Shown: piece after piece, positions 9,485 through 17,884 of the stretch
How positions within the stretch are numbered: position 1 is the stretch's first letter
How the letters are laid out: every line of letters begins with the position of its first letter
IMG/VR virus record: IMGVR_UViG_3300024308_000188
Span: 62,001-126,000 of that record
Length of the DNA: 64,000 nucleotides
Strand: one strand, 5' to 3'
Notes under the pieces: generated by a model
Databases searched by the model: none
Told to the model about the DNA's origin: nothing
Seen by the model: only the letters and a program-made list of their open reading frames with translations
Program-made: the position numbers and the translations under genes

Positions 9485-11142
9485 TTTTTAGCCATATTTC
9501 CAAACATAGAAAACAAACCACGTTCAATATTGGGGCCAGATTTTTTCTTCTTGTTAGATTTGCGTTCGGAGTACGCATCACGTTCTTCACTGTCGTACAT
9601 TCCAGAATCGTTATCAGGACGTTGTAGCTTTTTATCAAGCAAACTTCCATAAACTCTGTTTGCTTTTTTGCTTAAACGATAGCCAAGTTCTATACTATGT
9701 CCCAAGGTATTTTTAAAACAACCAAAACTAATGGGCATGTCAATATCAACAAACATACGAATAAGTGGTTGCTTCTTTCCTTCCATTGGAGTACAGATAC
9801 GGCGAGACTCTTGTTCCCAGTTAGGCTTGTTGCTAATTGGAGAAACCATATAAAGAGTGTCCCAACGTGGAACATTCAAACCCAATTGCATTAAACGTCT
9901 GATACCTACAACAACCCGAACTTTTCCAGCACGAGCATCTTGAATTATTTGAATACGTTCACGTTTGTTCTTTTCGCCGCCACCGCCAGTAAAGCCAATT
10001 GCAATTTTTTCACCAAAAGCATTATTGATTCCATCGACCAATTCTTTAACATGCTCCTTGAACATAACAGCCATAACAATTGAGCGTCCTGCTCTTAAAT
10101 CATGCACAACTCCTTCAATGATTTTTTTATTACGTGCTGGATGTTTGGATAAAAATCTGTTTGCGTATGTCCAAGCAGCTGGCCCACGAGTATAACTATT
10201 TCTGTTCTTTGGCGCACAGTCTGTTGCGTGAACTGTAACAACAGGTTTCATGCTGTCTACAGTAGTTTCAGCAACAACTGGGCCAACTAAATTTTCAATA
10301 ATTATGTGCCGTCCGTCCTTTCTAACGTCCGTCGCGGTGCAGCCGCCTTTATAAAGTGCCGGAAGCTTACTGATAAATTTTGCGTAAAGTGTTGCGTTAG
10401 CACGGTGAATTTCATCACACCATACCATACCAAAATTGTCTTTAAGCCACTTTAACCGCTTCTCACTCATACCACTATCTTTGATGAAACTTTGGTAGGT
10501 AGCTAAGCCTATTTGAAAATTCTCAAAGTCCTCTTTTTTCTTGAGAAATCCGTAGATCTTTTTACCAGCCAATTCCTGAATTTGTTTGATGTTTGTATGT
10601 GCTTCCATTTCCTCTAAAAAGTTGTCAAGGAAATCTTTTTGGTCAGCAATAATAACTGTGCGCTGGCCCATCTTTATTGCAATAGCTAATGTTGTTATTG
10701 TTTTACCAGATCTTGGTGGAGCTTTTAACAAGCCATGTTTGGCTTTACTCCAATCACCAAGAATTTCTATTTGATAATCTCTCAATTCACTAACAAACTT
10801 TATGCGTTTGTCCATTGGAACACGCTTACGCTTATCAATGATTTTAAAATCATCAAAATCAATATCAATTTTATCTTCAAGGTTTAAGCGATCACCTATT
10901 GGAAATCCAACGTAGTTTGTGCCACCAACCATTTTACGTTTTAATAAATTAACGCCACCTTTATAACCGCCAAGTTCGCAGTTAGCGCAGAACTCTGAGA
11001 AACGATCTCGTTTATAAGGGCAACGACGACAAACTTTTTCTTCGTAAAAATGTTTAATATAATGCTTTTCCGCAAGATCCATATCAACAACCTTCACTGG
11101 TATATAGATATGTTCTCGTAGCACCAATGGTGGCTTACTCAT
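9481..11142 (-). CDS. SF2 DNA helicase, UvsW-like, with N-terminal Cys cluster
   Basis: Q-motif ELRDYQ, Walker A APPRSGKT, DEIH, motif III TAT, GLNVPRWD, QESRRI; CxxC...CxxC at the N-terminus. Confidence 0.85.
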   Translation of the reverse strand: MSKPPLVLREHIYIPVKVVDMDLAEKHYIKHFYEEKVCRRCPYKRDRFSEFCANCELGGYKGGVNLLKRKMVGGTNYVGFPIGDRLNLEDKIDIDFDDFKIIDKRKRVPMDKRIKFVSELRDYQIEILGDWSKAKHGLLKAPPRSGKTITTLAIAIKMGQRTVIIADQKDFLDNFLEEMEAHTNIKQIQELAGKKIYGFLKKKEDFENFQIGLATYQSFIKDSGMSEKRLKWLKDNFGMVWCDEIHRANATLYAKFISKLPALYKGGCTATDVRKDGRHIIIENLVGPVVAETTVDSMKPVVTVHATDCAPKNRNSYTRGPAAWTYANRFLSKHPARNKKIIEGVVHDLRAGRSIVMAVMFKEHVKELVDGINNAFGEKIAIGFTGGGGEKNKRERIQIIQDARAGKVRVVVGIRRLMQLGLNVPRWDTLYMVSPISNKPNWEQESRRICTPMEGKKQPLIRMFVDIDMPISFGCFKNTLGHSIELGYRLSKKANRVYGSLLDKKLQRPDNDSGMYDSEERDAYSERKSNKKKKSGPNIERGLFSMFGNMAKK

Positions 11143-11678
11143 TAAGTGTTACCTTCAAATTTACGGATAACCTGATGCGCGTTAACTAACTGCGTTATCA
11201 TGAATCCGCCTTTATCAATGTTGTCAATGTAAGATTTACAGATTTGAAGCAACTGCTCAGCATCAATCAAATATTCATAGTAAGGTTCCATGATACCAAC
11301 TACGAATTGTTTTCTTTCTTCTTTTGTACGCAACTTTGCAAGATCATTGGCATATTCATTAACCAAATAATCGACCATACTGTTCAGAGTTTTGGATAAA
11401 AGAGTTGTTGCCTCTAAACCCATAACCTGAATTTCGGTGAGGCGTGTACGAAAGCTATGATCTAAAATAGCTGCCTTACTTAAGTTGCGAACGAAGTTAG
11501 GGCTATTAACTTCGAGTGAATGAAGTTTGCGACTTGAATGCAAGTGCTTCATTTCCTGCTTTAATTCATCAAAGTCCAAATTGTATTGAGGCAAATCTTG
11601 AAACGTCTGTTTCAAACGTAAAAGCTTTGCGTCTTTTTTAAGGATTCTCTTTACTCTTTCGCGTGTTTGCTTATCCAC
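11142..11678 (-). CDS. UvsY-like recombination mediator (putative)
   Basis: C-terminus LLQICKSYIDNIDKGGFMITQLV...RKFEG resembles the T4 UvsY C-terminus as I recall it (LLDFCSGALDAIKSRGFAIKH...RAFEAG); helical; next to the UvsW-like gene. Confidence 0.5.
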   Translation of the reverse strand: MDKQTRERVKRILKKDAKLLRLKQTFQDLPQYNLDFDELKQEMKHLHSSRKLHSLEVNSPNFVRNLSKAAILDHSFRTRLTEIQVMGLEATTLLSKTLNSMVDYLVNEYANDLAKLRTKEERKQFVVGIMEPYYEYLIDAEQLLQICKSYIDNIDKGGFMITQLVNAHQVIRKFEGNT

Positions 11679-11688
11679 TATATCACCT

Positions 11689-12102
11689 TTAATCAGTTAC
11701 AGTGAGTTTGCTGTTAGTTGGATCATAAGGAACAATCAATACGTTGTCGTATTCATCAATAAAAGTCATGAGTCCACCAACACCTTCAGCCTGTTTAAGC
11801 GTGTAAGATCCTATTTCAGACTTTCGCGTTACCATAACGTGCGATGTTTTAAATTCAAGATAGTGAGTATCGATTAAAAGGAGAGATCCCACTATAGCAT
11901 TTGTTGCGCTGACTATGGGATAACATTTGCAATGAGGCCCATATTCAAGAACACTGTCTCTGTCGATTGAAACAGTGCTTTTTTCATTTGATGTAACATA
12001 AAGCAATTGAGTTTTATTTTTAGAATCAACGCCGAGAACAATAAAAGTGTTCAACGGCATTTTTCTAATACTGAAGGGTAATCTAGGATCTCGAATAATC
12101 AT
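11689..12102 (-). CDS. Hypothetical protein
   Basis: 137-aa ORF inside the replication operon. Confidence 0.65.
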   Translation of the reverse strand: MIIRDPRLPFSIRKMPLNTFIVLGVDSKNKTQLLYVTSNEKSTVSIDRDSVLEYGPHCKCYPIVSATNAIVGSLLLIDTHYLEFKTSHVMVTRKSEIGSYTLKQAEGVGGLMTFIDEYDNVLIVPYDPTNSKLTVTD

Positions 12103-13220
12103 TCTTTGAAATATCCGTAAGCTACCAAGACTCCATCAGAAAATTCAGTTTCCATTTTATAACAGGCAGGATCTCCTTGCTTGTTAGGATAAACAGAAAA
12201 CTCGATTTTCTTACAGCCTCGAATGTTTTTATAACTGTCCTCAAAGATAACTGGATCTATTTGAGCGCTAAATTCTGATCCTTTTGCGTCCTTGACTTTT
12301 ACAACATCTTCAATTGAACCACCATCATTTTGATAGTGTAACTGGATTCGATCTTTGTTGGTTTTAATTAAAAGGGAAGAAACCCCCTTCTTAAAATAAC
12401 CAGCAATGTTCTGAAAAGCAGTTGCGAAATCAGAACCTATTGTAAAAGATTTGATTGGTTTTTTAAGTCCAGCCAAGAAATTTTCTATTTGCTCCAAGTT
12501 TACTTCAGTATCTATTGGGGGCAAAGAAACAGTTATGTTTTTACCACGAATAAACAAACGCTCGTCCGTAATAAAGAATTTAGCATCATCTTTGATAATG
12601 CGATCTAAAATAGAAAAAATACCTATAGGTATTGTGAGTTTCAAAGGCGCAGTCTTAGACTTGATTTTTCGCTTGTATATATGCAAGTGATAATCATCAT
12701 TACCCATTACCGTTAAATACTTACCATCATAAACAATTGTTGCCGATGGAATGTAATTATCGTTATATGGATCTTTTAAACGTGCAACTTTAACGCCATC
12801 ACCCAATGAACCGAAAAAATCTTTATCGATTGCTATACTTGAATCAGTGTCAATACTTGATCCAAGTTTTAAATCTGCAAGAGCTGAAGCTCCGGGTTCG
12901 CTACGTTTTAAATCGCCTTTGAATCGGCCAGCAGAAAACACTATTTTATCATGGGTGAATTCAATAGTAACTTCATCACGACCATTAACAGCTGTTTTCA
13001 ATGTAACAGCATCGGCAAAGAAGAATTCTCCTTCGCCTTTAAATCTTTTCGGGGTAAGAACAACTGAAGCAACACGGTCTGAATCCATAGCAACCAACTT
13101 AACGGCTTTTTTACCAAAAACAAAACCGTAGTGAGTGAGTTCACCAACAGGAACTGTTAGTACAACTCGATCAAGTGCTTCCTTTAATTCTTTCCCATCA
13201 ACAACAAATACATTACTCAA
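12099..13220 (-). CDS. Sliding clamp, DNA polymerase III beta-like
   Basis: 373 aa (beta-clamp size); three repeats of helix-pair plus beta sheet (KELKEALDRV; LVAMDSDRVA; LTVMGNDDYHL; FSAQIDPVIFEDSYKNI); immediately downstream of polA. Confidence 0.7.
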   Translation of the reverse strand: MSNVFVVDGKELKEALDRVVLTVPVGELTHYGFVFGKKAVKLVAMDSDRVASVVLTPKRFKGEGEFFFADAVTLKTAVNGRDEVTIEFTHDKIVFSAGRFKGDLKRSEPGASALADLKLGSSIDTDSSIAIDKDFFGSLGDGVKVARLKDPYNDNYIPSATIVYDGKYLTVMGNDDYHLHIYKRKIKSKTAPLKLTIPIGIFSILDRIIKDDAKFFITDERLFIRGKNITVSLPPIDTEVNLEQIENFLAGLKKPIKSFTIGSDFATAFQNIAGYFKKGVSSLLIKTNKDRIQLHYQNDGGSIEDVVKVKDAKGSEFSAQIDPVIFEDSYKNIRGCKKIEFSVYPNKQGDPACYKMETEFSDGVLVAYGYFKE

Positions 13221-13591
13221 GATGTTTGCTCCGTATTAGGTTGTATTGTAAAATAACGAACAACTGAAACGGTATTCAAGCCAACTACGTCATGTGGGAT
13301 AGCGCGAATTATATTTTCGCTACCAATAACTCCCTGAAGTAGTCCAAGAATTCCTAAACTGCAAAGATCTTGATTAAGTTGGGTAGCGAAAACATCTGTA
13401 TCTGCAATAGCAAGACTGCAAATGAAATTTGTGGATAATAAAGCGGAGACAGCGCGAGGATCTTTTTCCAGCATATGATTCAAAAGATTTGCTGCATCCG
13501 TAGCCTGTTGTTTTTTAATCTCTGACGTAACTTCGGCCAAAGTTTCAGCAGTAATATCGGGGAAATGTTTTTTGAGAATTTGCTCTAACAT
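13217..13591 (-). CDS. Hypothetical protein
   Basis: 124-aa ORF between polA and the clamp gene. Confidence 0.65.
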   Translation of the reverse strand: MLEQILKKHFPDITAETLAEVTSEIKKQQATDAANLLNHMLEKDPRAVSALLSTNFICSLAIADTDVFATQLNQDLCSLGILGLLQGVIGSENIIRAIPHDVVGLNTVSVVRYFTIQPNTEQTS

Positions 13592-13612
13592 AAAAGAACC
13601 ATAGCGGCCTAA

Positions 13613-14917
13613 TTAGGCCGCTTCCTTAAGTTTCTTCTTGGCCGCAGCAACTGTCTCACTTCTAGTTGATTCTGTTTTAGCAGCTTTTTTCTTGCTTGCT
13701 TCAATTTCAGCAATCGCCTTGTCAAGTAAAACTTTGTTACTACGAGTTTCTTTTGCGTAAACAGCAGCCAATTTGATTTCCTCTTTAGTCAAAGGATTTT
13801 TCTTTGGCATACTTCTGATTTTGATGTTATTAGCCCACAATTGTTTTTGTAACCACTCAGGCATATCAGCATACTGATCTTGCATGATAGTATCTACAAC
13901 TTTATCAATGTTTACTTTGTGGCCCAATTCTTTACTTTGGAACTCAAGACTCTTACGAACTAAAGCTTCCATACTTAAGAAACTAAAGTTCCACGCCTTA
14001 ACATCCCGCTCGTTTCCACCAATATCAAAATCCATTTCAGGTGCGCTAGTAAATTTATAATCAAACTTTTCTTCTACCAGAGTTTTAGCTCCAGTAGTCA
14101 TAGCACGTTCGATAAATTTAACTGCTAACCAGAACCACTCGTAACCAACTTCAACAGTTAAACTGTCGTGTACGGAAACATTAAGGTTCATTAATGGATA
14201 TTTACCAGTGTCCAAGAAATGTTGATATTTGTATTTATCAATCAAACGTATTGCCAACATCATAAGGTCACTACCAAAACCTTGAACTGGACTGTTAACC
14301 GCTTGACGTAAACAACGATTGATAATACTGTTTAAATGTTTGTCCTTGCTTCTGTAATCAGTTTGACGATCAACAAGTTTCTTGAACATCAGTGGCCATA
14401 ATGTACGACGACGACCAACAGGACTTTCAACAAACAAATTGTCAATCGCATCTTTCTTACAGGTATCAAACCAACCGTAACCAACAGGGAATCTTTCAAG
14501 AAACTTCGCTTTAAGTTCACGAATTTTCTCAACAGTCTGACCAGTAGATAAGGATAAACCATCATCACCTTGTTGATAAATCAAACCGAAGATAACTGTT
14601 TTTACTGCGTTACGAATAGGCTTACTTACTTCATGGATTGGAAGTCCAAAGAAGTAACTAGCGTTGATACGGTGAACGTCACCTTCAATTTCTATTCGGT
14701 GAGCAATCCAAGGATCTGGAACAAACTTATAGCGATTACGTAAATCAGCACCAACTTGGAAAACATCAGCAACATTTTTATCGCCACTAATAATAGACCA
14801 ACCACGTACTTCGTGAGCCGAGTAGTCAACCTTGATCAATAATGTTCCAGGTTGAGAAATAAGCAGACGTTTAATATGGTAGCCTAATTCATCACGGCTA
14901 GGTACTTGCTGGAGATT
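13613..14917 (-). CDS. polA: Family A DNA polymerase, exon 2 (434 aa)
   Basis: Frame stays open 26 codons upstream of the tracked TTG: NLQQVPSRDELGYHIKRLLISQPGTLLIKVDYSAHEVR (motif A); RNAVKTVIFGLIY (motif B); VHDS (motif C). Confidence 0.92.
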   Translation of the reverse strand, partial: NLQQVPSRDELGYHIKRLLISQPGTLLIKVDYSAHEVRGWSIISGDKNVADVFQVGADLRNRYKFVPDPWIAHRIEIEGDVHRINASYFFGLPIHEVSKPIRNAVKTVIFGLIYQQGDDGLSLSTGQTVEKIRELKAKFLERFPVGYGWFDTCKKDAIDNLFVESPVGRRRTLWPLMFKKLVDRQTDYRSKDKHLNSIINRCLRQAVNSPVQGFGSDLMMLAIRLIDKYKYQHFLDTGKYPLMNLNVSVHDSLTVEVGYEWFWLAVKFIERAMTTGAKTLVEEKFDYKFTSAPEMDFDIGGNERDVKAWNFSFLSMEALVRKSLEFQSKELGHKVNIDKVVDTIMQDQYADMPEWLQKQLWANNIKIRSMPKKNPLTKEEIKLAAVYAKETRSNKVLLDKAIAEIEASKKKAAKTESTRSETVAAAKKKLKEAA

Positions 14918-15240
14918 CTTTATTCTTTCTTAAGATATGTTCGCAAAACATATCCCGATGATGCGAGTTTCAGCAATCCTCGTCTTACACATCGCTCCAT
15001 TCTTTACAAATGGAAGTTGAGACTATATCAAGGCCATATTTATTTATAATAAACTTAGGCCGCTACCATTTTGAGTGATCATTTGCTTATCACCCTACTC
15101 GCATTTCAGCGATAGTCGTTAGGCATTTACAAACTTTCGTTTGATTTAGCACGGTAGGTTCTTCCCATGTATTCTCTACACAGGACTCTTCCCCGTTTAG
15201 GTAGCTTTCGACATGCAGTTTCCTACATGAAGCCCAATCT
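14918..15240 (-). ncRNA. Group I self-splicing intron (subgroup IA2-like), 323 nt, no homing-endonuclease ORF
   Basis: 5' exon ends in U (CCU) and the intron ends in G. P10 AGAUU/AAUCU; P2 CAUGUAG-GAAA-CUGCAUG; P3 GCUACC/GGUAGC; P7 GACUAU/AUAGUC within R (AACGACUAUC) and S (GAUAUAGUCU); P7.1, P7.2, P8 and P9 hairpins. Removal restores TGRTSASNP-NLQQVP in frame. Confidence 0.92.
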
Positions 15241-17205
15241 AGGATTTGATGCACTCGTCCGACCAGTAACAACAGCTTGGTAACTATAGTTAGGTCTTAA
15301 TCTACGTGTGTGCTTGAAGTCTTTATCAGTAGCAAACAATTTAATAAAACTATTCACATAACTGTTTCGTAACTTCTGAGCTTTTTGTAAATCCGTGAAG
15401 TTCTTAACGATTTTAACGTCTTTGTGCTTGGCCTGAAATTGTTTATCAATCTGAGGCATTGGCTGGTCAGTACCTTTACGCTTTTTCTTGGTAGAAAAGT
15501 TTACTGGTTCCAATTTACAAACGTCAAAGAACAATATTTGTTTGTGTTCTTCCTTGCTTAAATCGAAGTTATTCAGTTCAACAGTACCGAACAATCCGCG
15601 TTGAGGCGCACCACGATTTTTAGCAAGTATCTTATTGGCTTTACGAACTTCATCACTGTTTTTGATATTTAGTTCACGTTCTTTGATGATTTGATTCACT
15701 GGACTATCTTTTGTTTTTAGATAGAACAAGTAATCAACATCACAAAGCGCACCAGTAGATTCCAAAATAGAGAACGAATGTATCTGATCTCCAACAATGG
15801 TTGAAACTGTTTTCTGGTACTTTTTAAATCCAATATCTTTCGCTCTGCGTAATTGCTGATGAAAGATCAACCAAGGAACAACAACGTCGAGACTACAATA
15901 TTGAAGTACAGGTTCAGTCAATGGAGTTTGTGCAATGTGTGCTCGGTTTTCTTTACCAAATGGATTGTCAAGGAAAGCAGTGCATCCATATTGCATAGAA
16001 AGATTACCTAAATTAAAGTAACCTTTACCTGTGGCAGTAGATAACACTTTCATGTTTTCATCTAAGATGAATTCACCAGCAGCAATATCCCACATATCAG
16101 CTTTGAAATGTCTGATGTCAAAGTTTGCTCTCATTACATTAAGGTCAAACTTTCCGTTGGTGGTAATATGCAACTTGTTTTTATTCTTTCTCTCAAAAAA
16201 CATTCGCATAAGCACTTTGATTCGATCAAGCTCCTTACGACTAAATGGAGTATCAAAGTGATAAATTGGAATTACATAAGCGTTCTTAGCATCACAACAT
16301 AATTGCACAGTCTGAACTTTATTAAGAACCTTACTAAGATCCTCGGTTTCAGTATCGACTGCTACGTATTCAGCAGCAGCCATCTTTTTCAGAATGCGCT
16401 CTACTTCGGAAACTTTTGTCACATAATGAGTTTTATACTTTGGAACGAATTTGTTCCGTTTCATTATGTGTACAGGTTGAATGTTGTAGCGATTAATACC
16501 GCCATCAAGAGCTGTTACAAGATTTCTGGCTGAATAACCACTAAGATAATAATTCTCTTTTGTTTTGGTGCTAAACACTGTGTTAAATGAAAGAGAAGGA
16601 ACTACAACAAAATCATGCTCTATTGTTTTTCCATCTTTATTCTTTATACTTACGTTAGCATCAACAGCTTGACCTAAGTAGTTGACAAAGTTCTGCTTAG
16701 ATTTTTGATAAGCAAGTGGACACAAATAAGTAAAAGGATCTTGTCCAAATGTAACAACAATGTCAGGCTTGTACTCACAAATAGTTTGCTTTAAATGCCG
16801 TGCAAAATCCTGATTGCTTTCATCAAGCGTATCTGCGTAAGCTTTACCATAAGTTTTAAACTGATTAAAGTTTGTTGCTACCCAATCATAGTCACTTTCA
16901 GCACATTCCGATCTATAATACTCGTGTGCAAGTTTACAAAGCAATAAAAACTTTTCACCTGTCGCACCAGAAAGCAAACGATTGCTCTCAAGATCTTCTG
17001 TAGGTACATGATCGAGTACAAATAATATTCTTTTCTTAGCATCTGGATTTTTATACCGGACTGCTTTCACGTTGTACAGATTTCCATCTGAAAAGCGTGA
17101 CTTAAGAGCCTCCCTTATGGATTTTTTAGGTTTATAGCCTAAGTCTATCCAACGAAGTGGAATCTCTTGTTTAGCATGTTTTTTCTTTGCTGAAACAACT
17201 GCCAT
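15241..17205 (-). CDS. polA: Family A DNA polymerase, exon 1 (UDG-like domain + 3'-5' exonuclease + thumb); spliced product ~1089 aa
   Basis: ExoI VAVDTET, ExoII NGKFD, ExoIII YCSLD; ends YQAVVTGRTSASNP; N-terminal ~200 aa align with a family-4 UDG fold. Confidence 0.92.
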
Positions 17206-17234
17206 GTGATTAACCTCTTAGTTTACACATATTG

Positions 17235-17244
17235 ATTTACAGTT
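17235..17244 (-). promoter_or_regulatory. AACTGTAAAT promoter-like motif upstream of polA
   Basis: About 30 nt before the ATG; the same motif recurs before other replication genes. Confidence 0.7.
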
Positions 17245-17254
17245 TTGTACAAGC

Positions 17255-17286
17255 AAAGAAAAAGGGCAACCGTTAGGCTGCCCTTT
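17255..17286 (-). terminator. Intrinsic terminator
   Basis: AAAGGGCA...TGCCCTTT hairpin plus U-tract on the minus strand. Confidence 0.75.
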
Positions 17287-17290
17287 GAGT

Positions 17291-17875
17291 TTAACGCGGT
17301 CTGTGGTTTTGATTAGGATGCTTGTGATGCCGATTTTGATCACGGTTAGCATTCAGCTGTTCAGCTGTTTTTACCTGTGAATTATCGGTAGCTCCAGCAT
17401 CTTTATTTTGCTCAGGCGGTTGTTCAACATTTTCAGTCACAACCGCTTCAGCAGTTTTAATAACTTCTACTGGTTCAACTTTCTGTCTACGGGGTTCGAC
17501 AGTTTGAGATCTTACCGTATCAGCCATTAATGGATCGTAAGCGGCTTTTATGTTTTGGGTTGGATCAAAAACCTGATCTACTTTAACAAGTTCAGCAGCC
17601 AACTTTTCGTAGTAACCAGTTGGTATATCTACGTGAGTAAGCAATCCACTTTTCGGTTTCGTATAATCAAGCATTATGCCAGAAGGAAGTTTTGAGGTAA
17701 AGTCAAAAGGCATACCATGATTCGGATATGCCGGACTGAATTTACCGCTAACTTCAAAAGCACGTTTGGCGGCAATGGTCTTTTCAGACCAAATGCCGTC
17801 ACACGCTCCGGTATAATACCCAAGAAACTTCAAAATCATTTGCTGACGTTGCAAGCGTTGGATATTGGTTTCCAT
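17291..17875 (-). CDS. Peptidoglycan-binding-domain protein with disordered C-terminus
   Basis: IQRLQRQQMILKFLGYYTGACDGIWSEKTIAAKRAFE is a PG_binding_1-type motif. Confidence 0.75.
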   Translation of the reverse strand: METNIQRLQRQQMILKFLGYYTGACDGIWSEKTIAAKRAFEVSGKFSPAYPNHGMPFDFTSKLPSGIMLDYTKPKSGLLTHVDIPTGYYEKLAAELVKVDQVFDPTQNIKAAYDPLMADTVRSQTVEPRRQKVEPVEVIKTAEAVVTENVEQPPEQNKDAGATDNSQVKTAEQLNANRDQNRHHKHPNQNHRPR

Positions 17876-17884
17876 TTAATTTCC

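Noticed and set aside
15090-15272. 60-aa ORF inside the polA intron as a homing endonuclease
   Set aside because: Too short, no HNH/GIY-YIG/LAGLIDADG motif, and it overlaps core ribozyme helices.
13613-17205. polA as a frameshifted pseudogene or naturally split polymerase
   Set aside because: The gap has complete group I intron hallmarks and splicing restores the conserved motif in frame.
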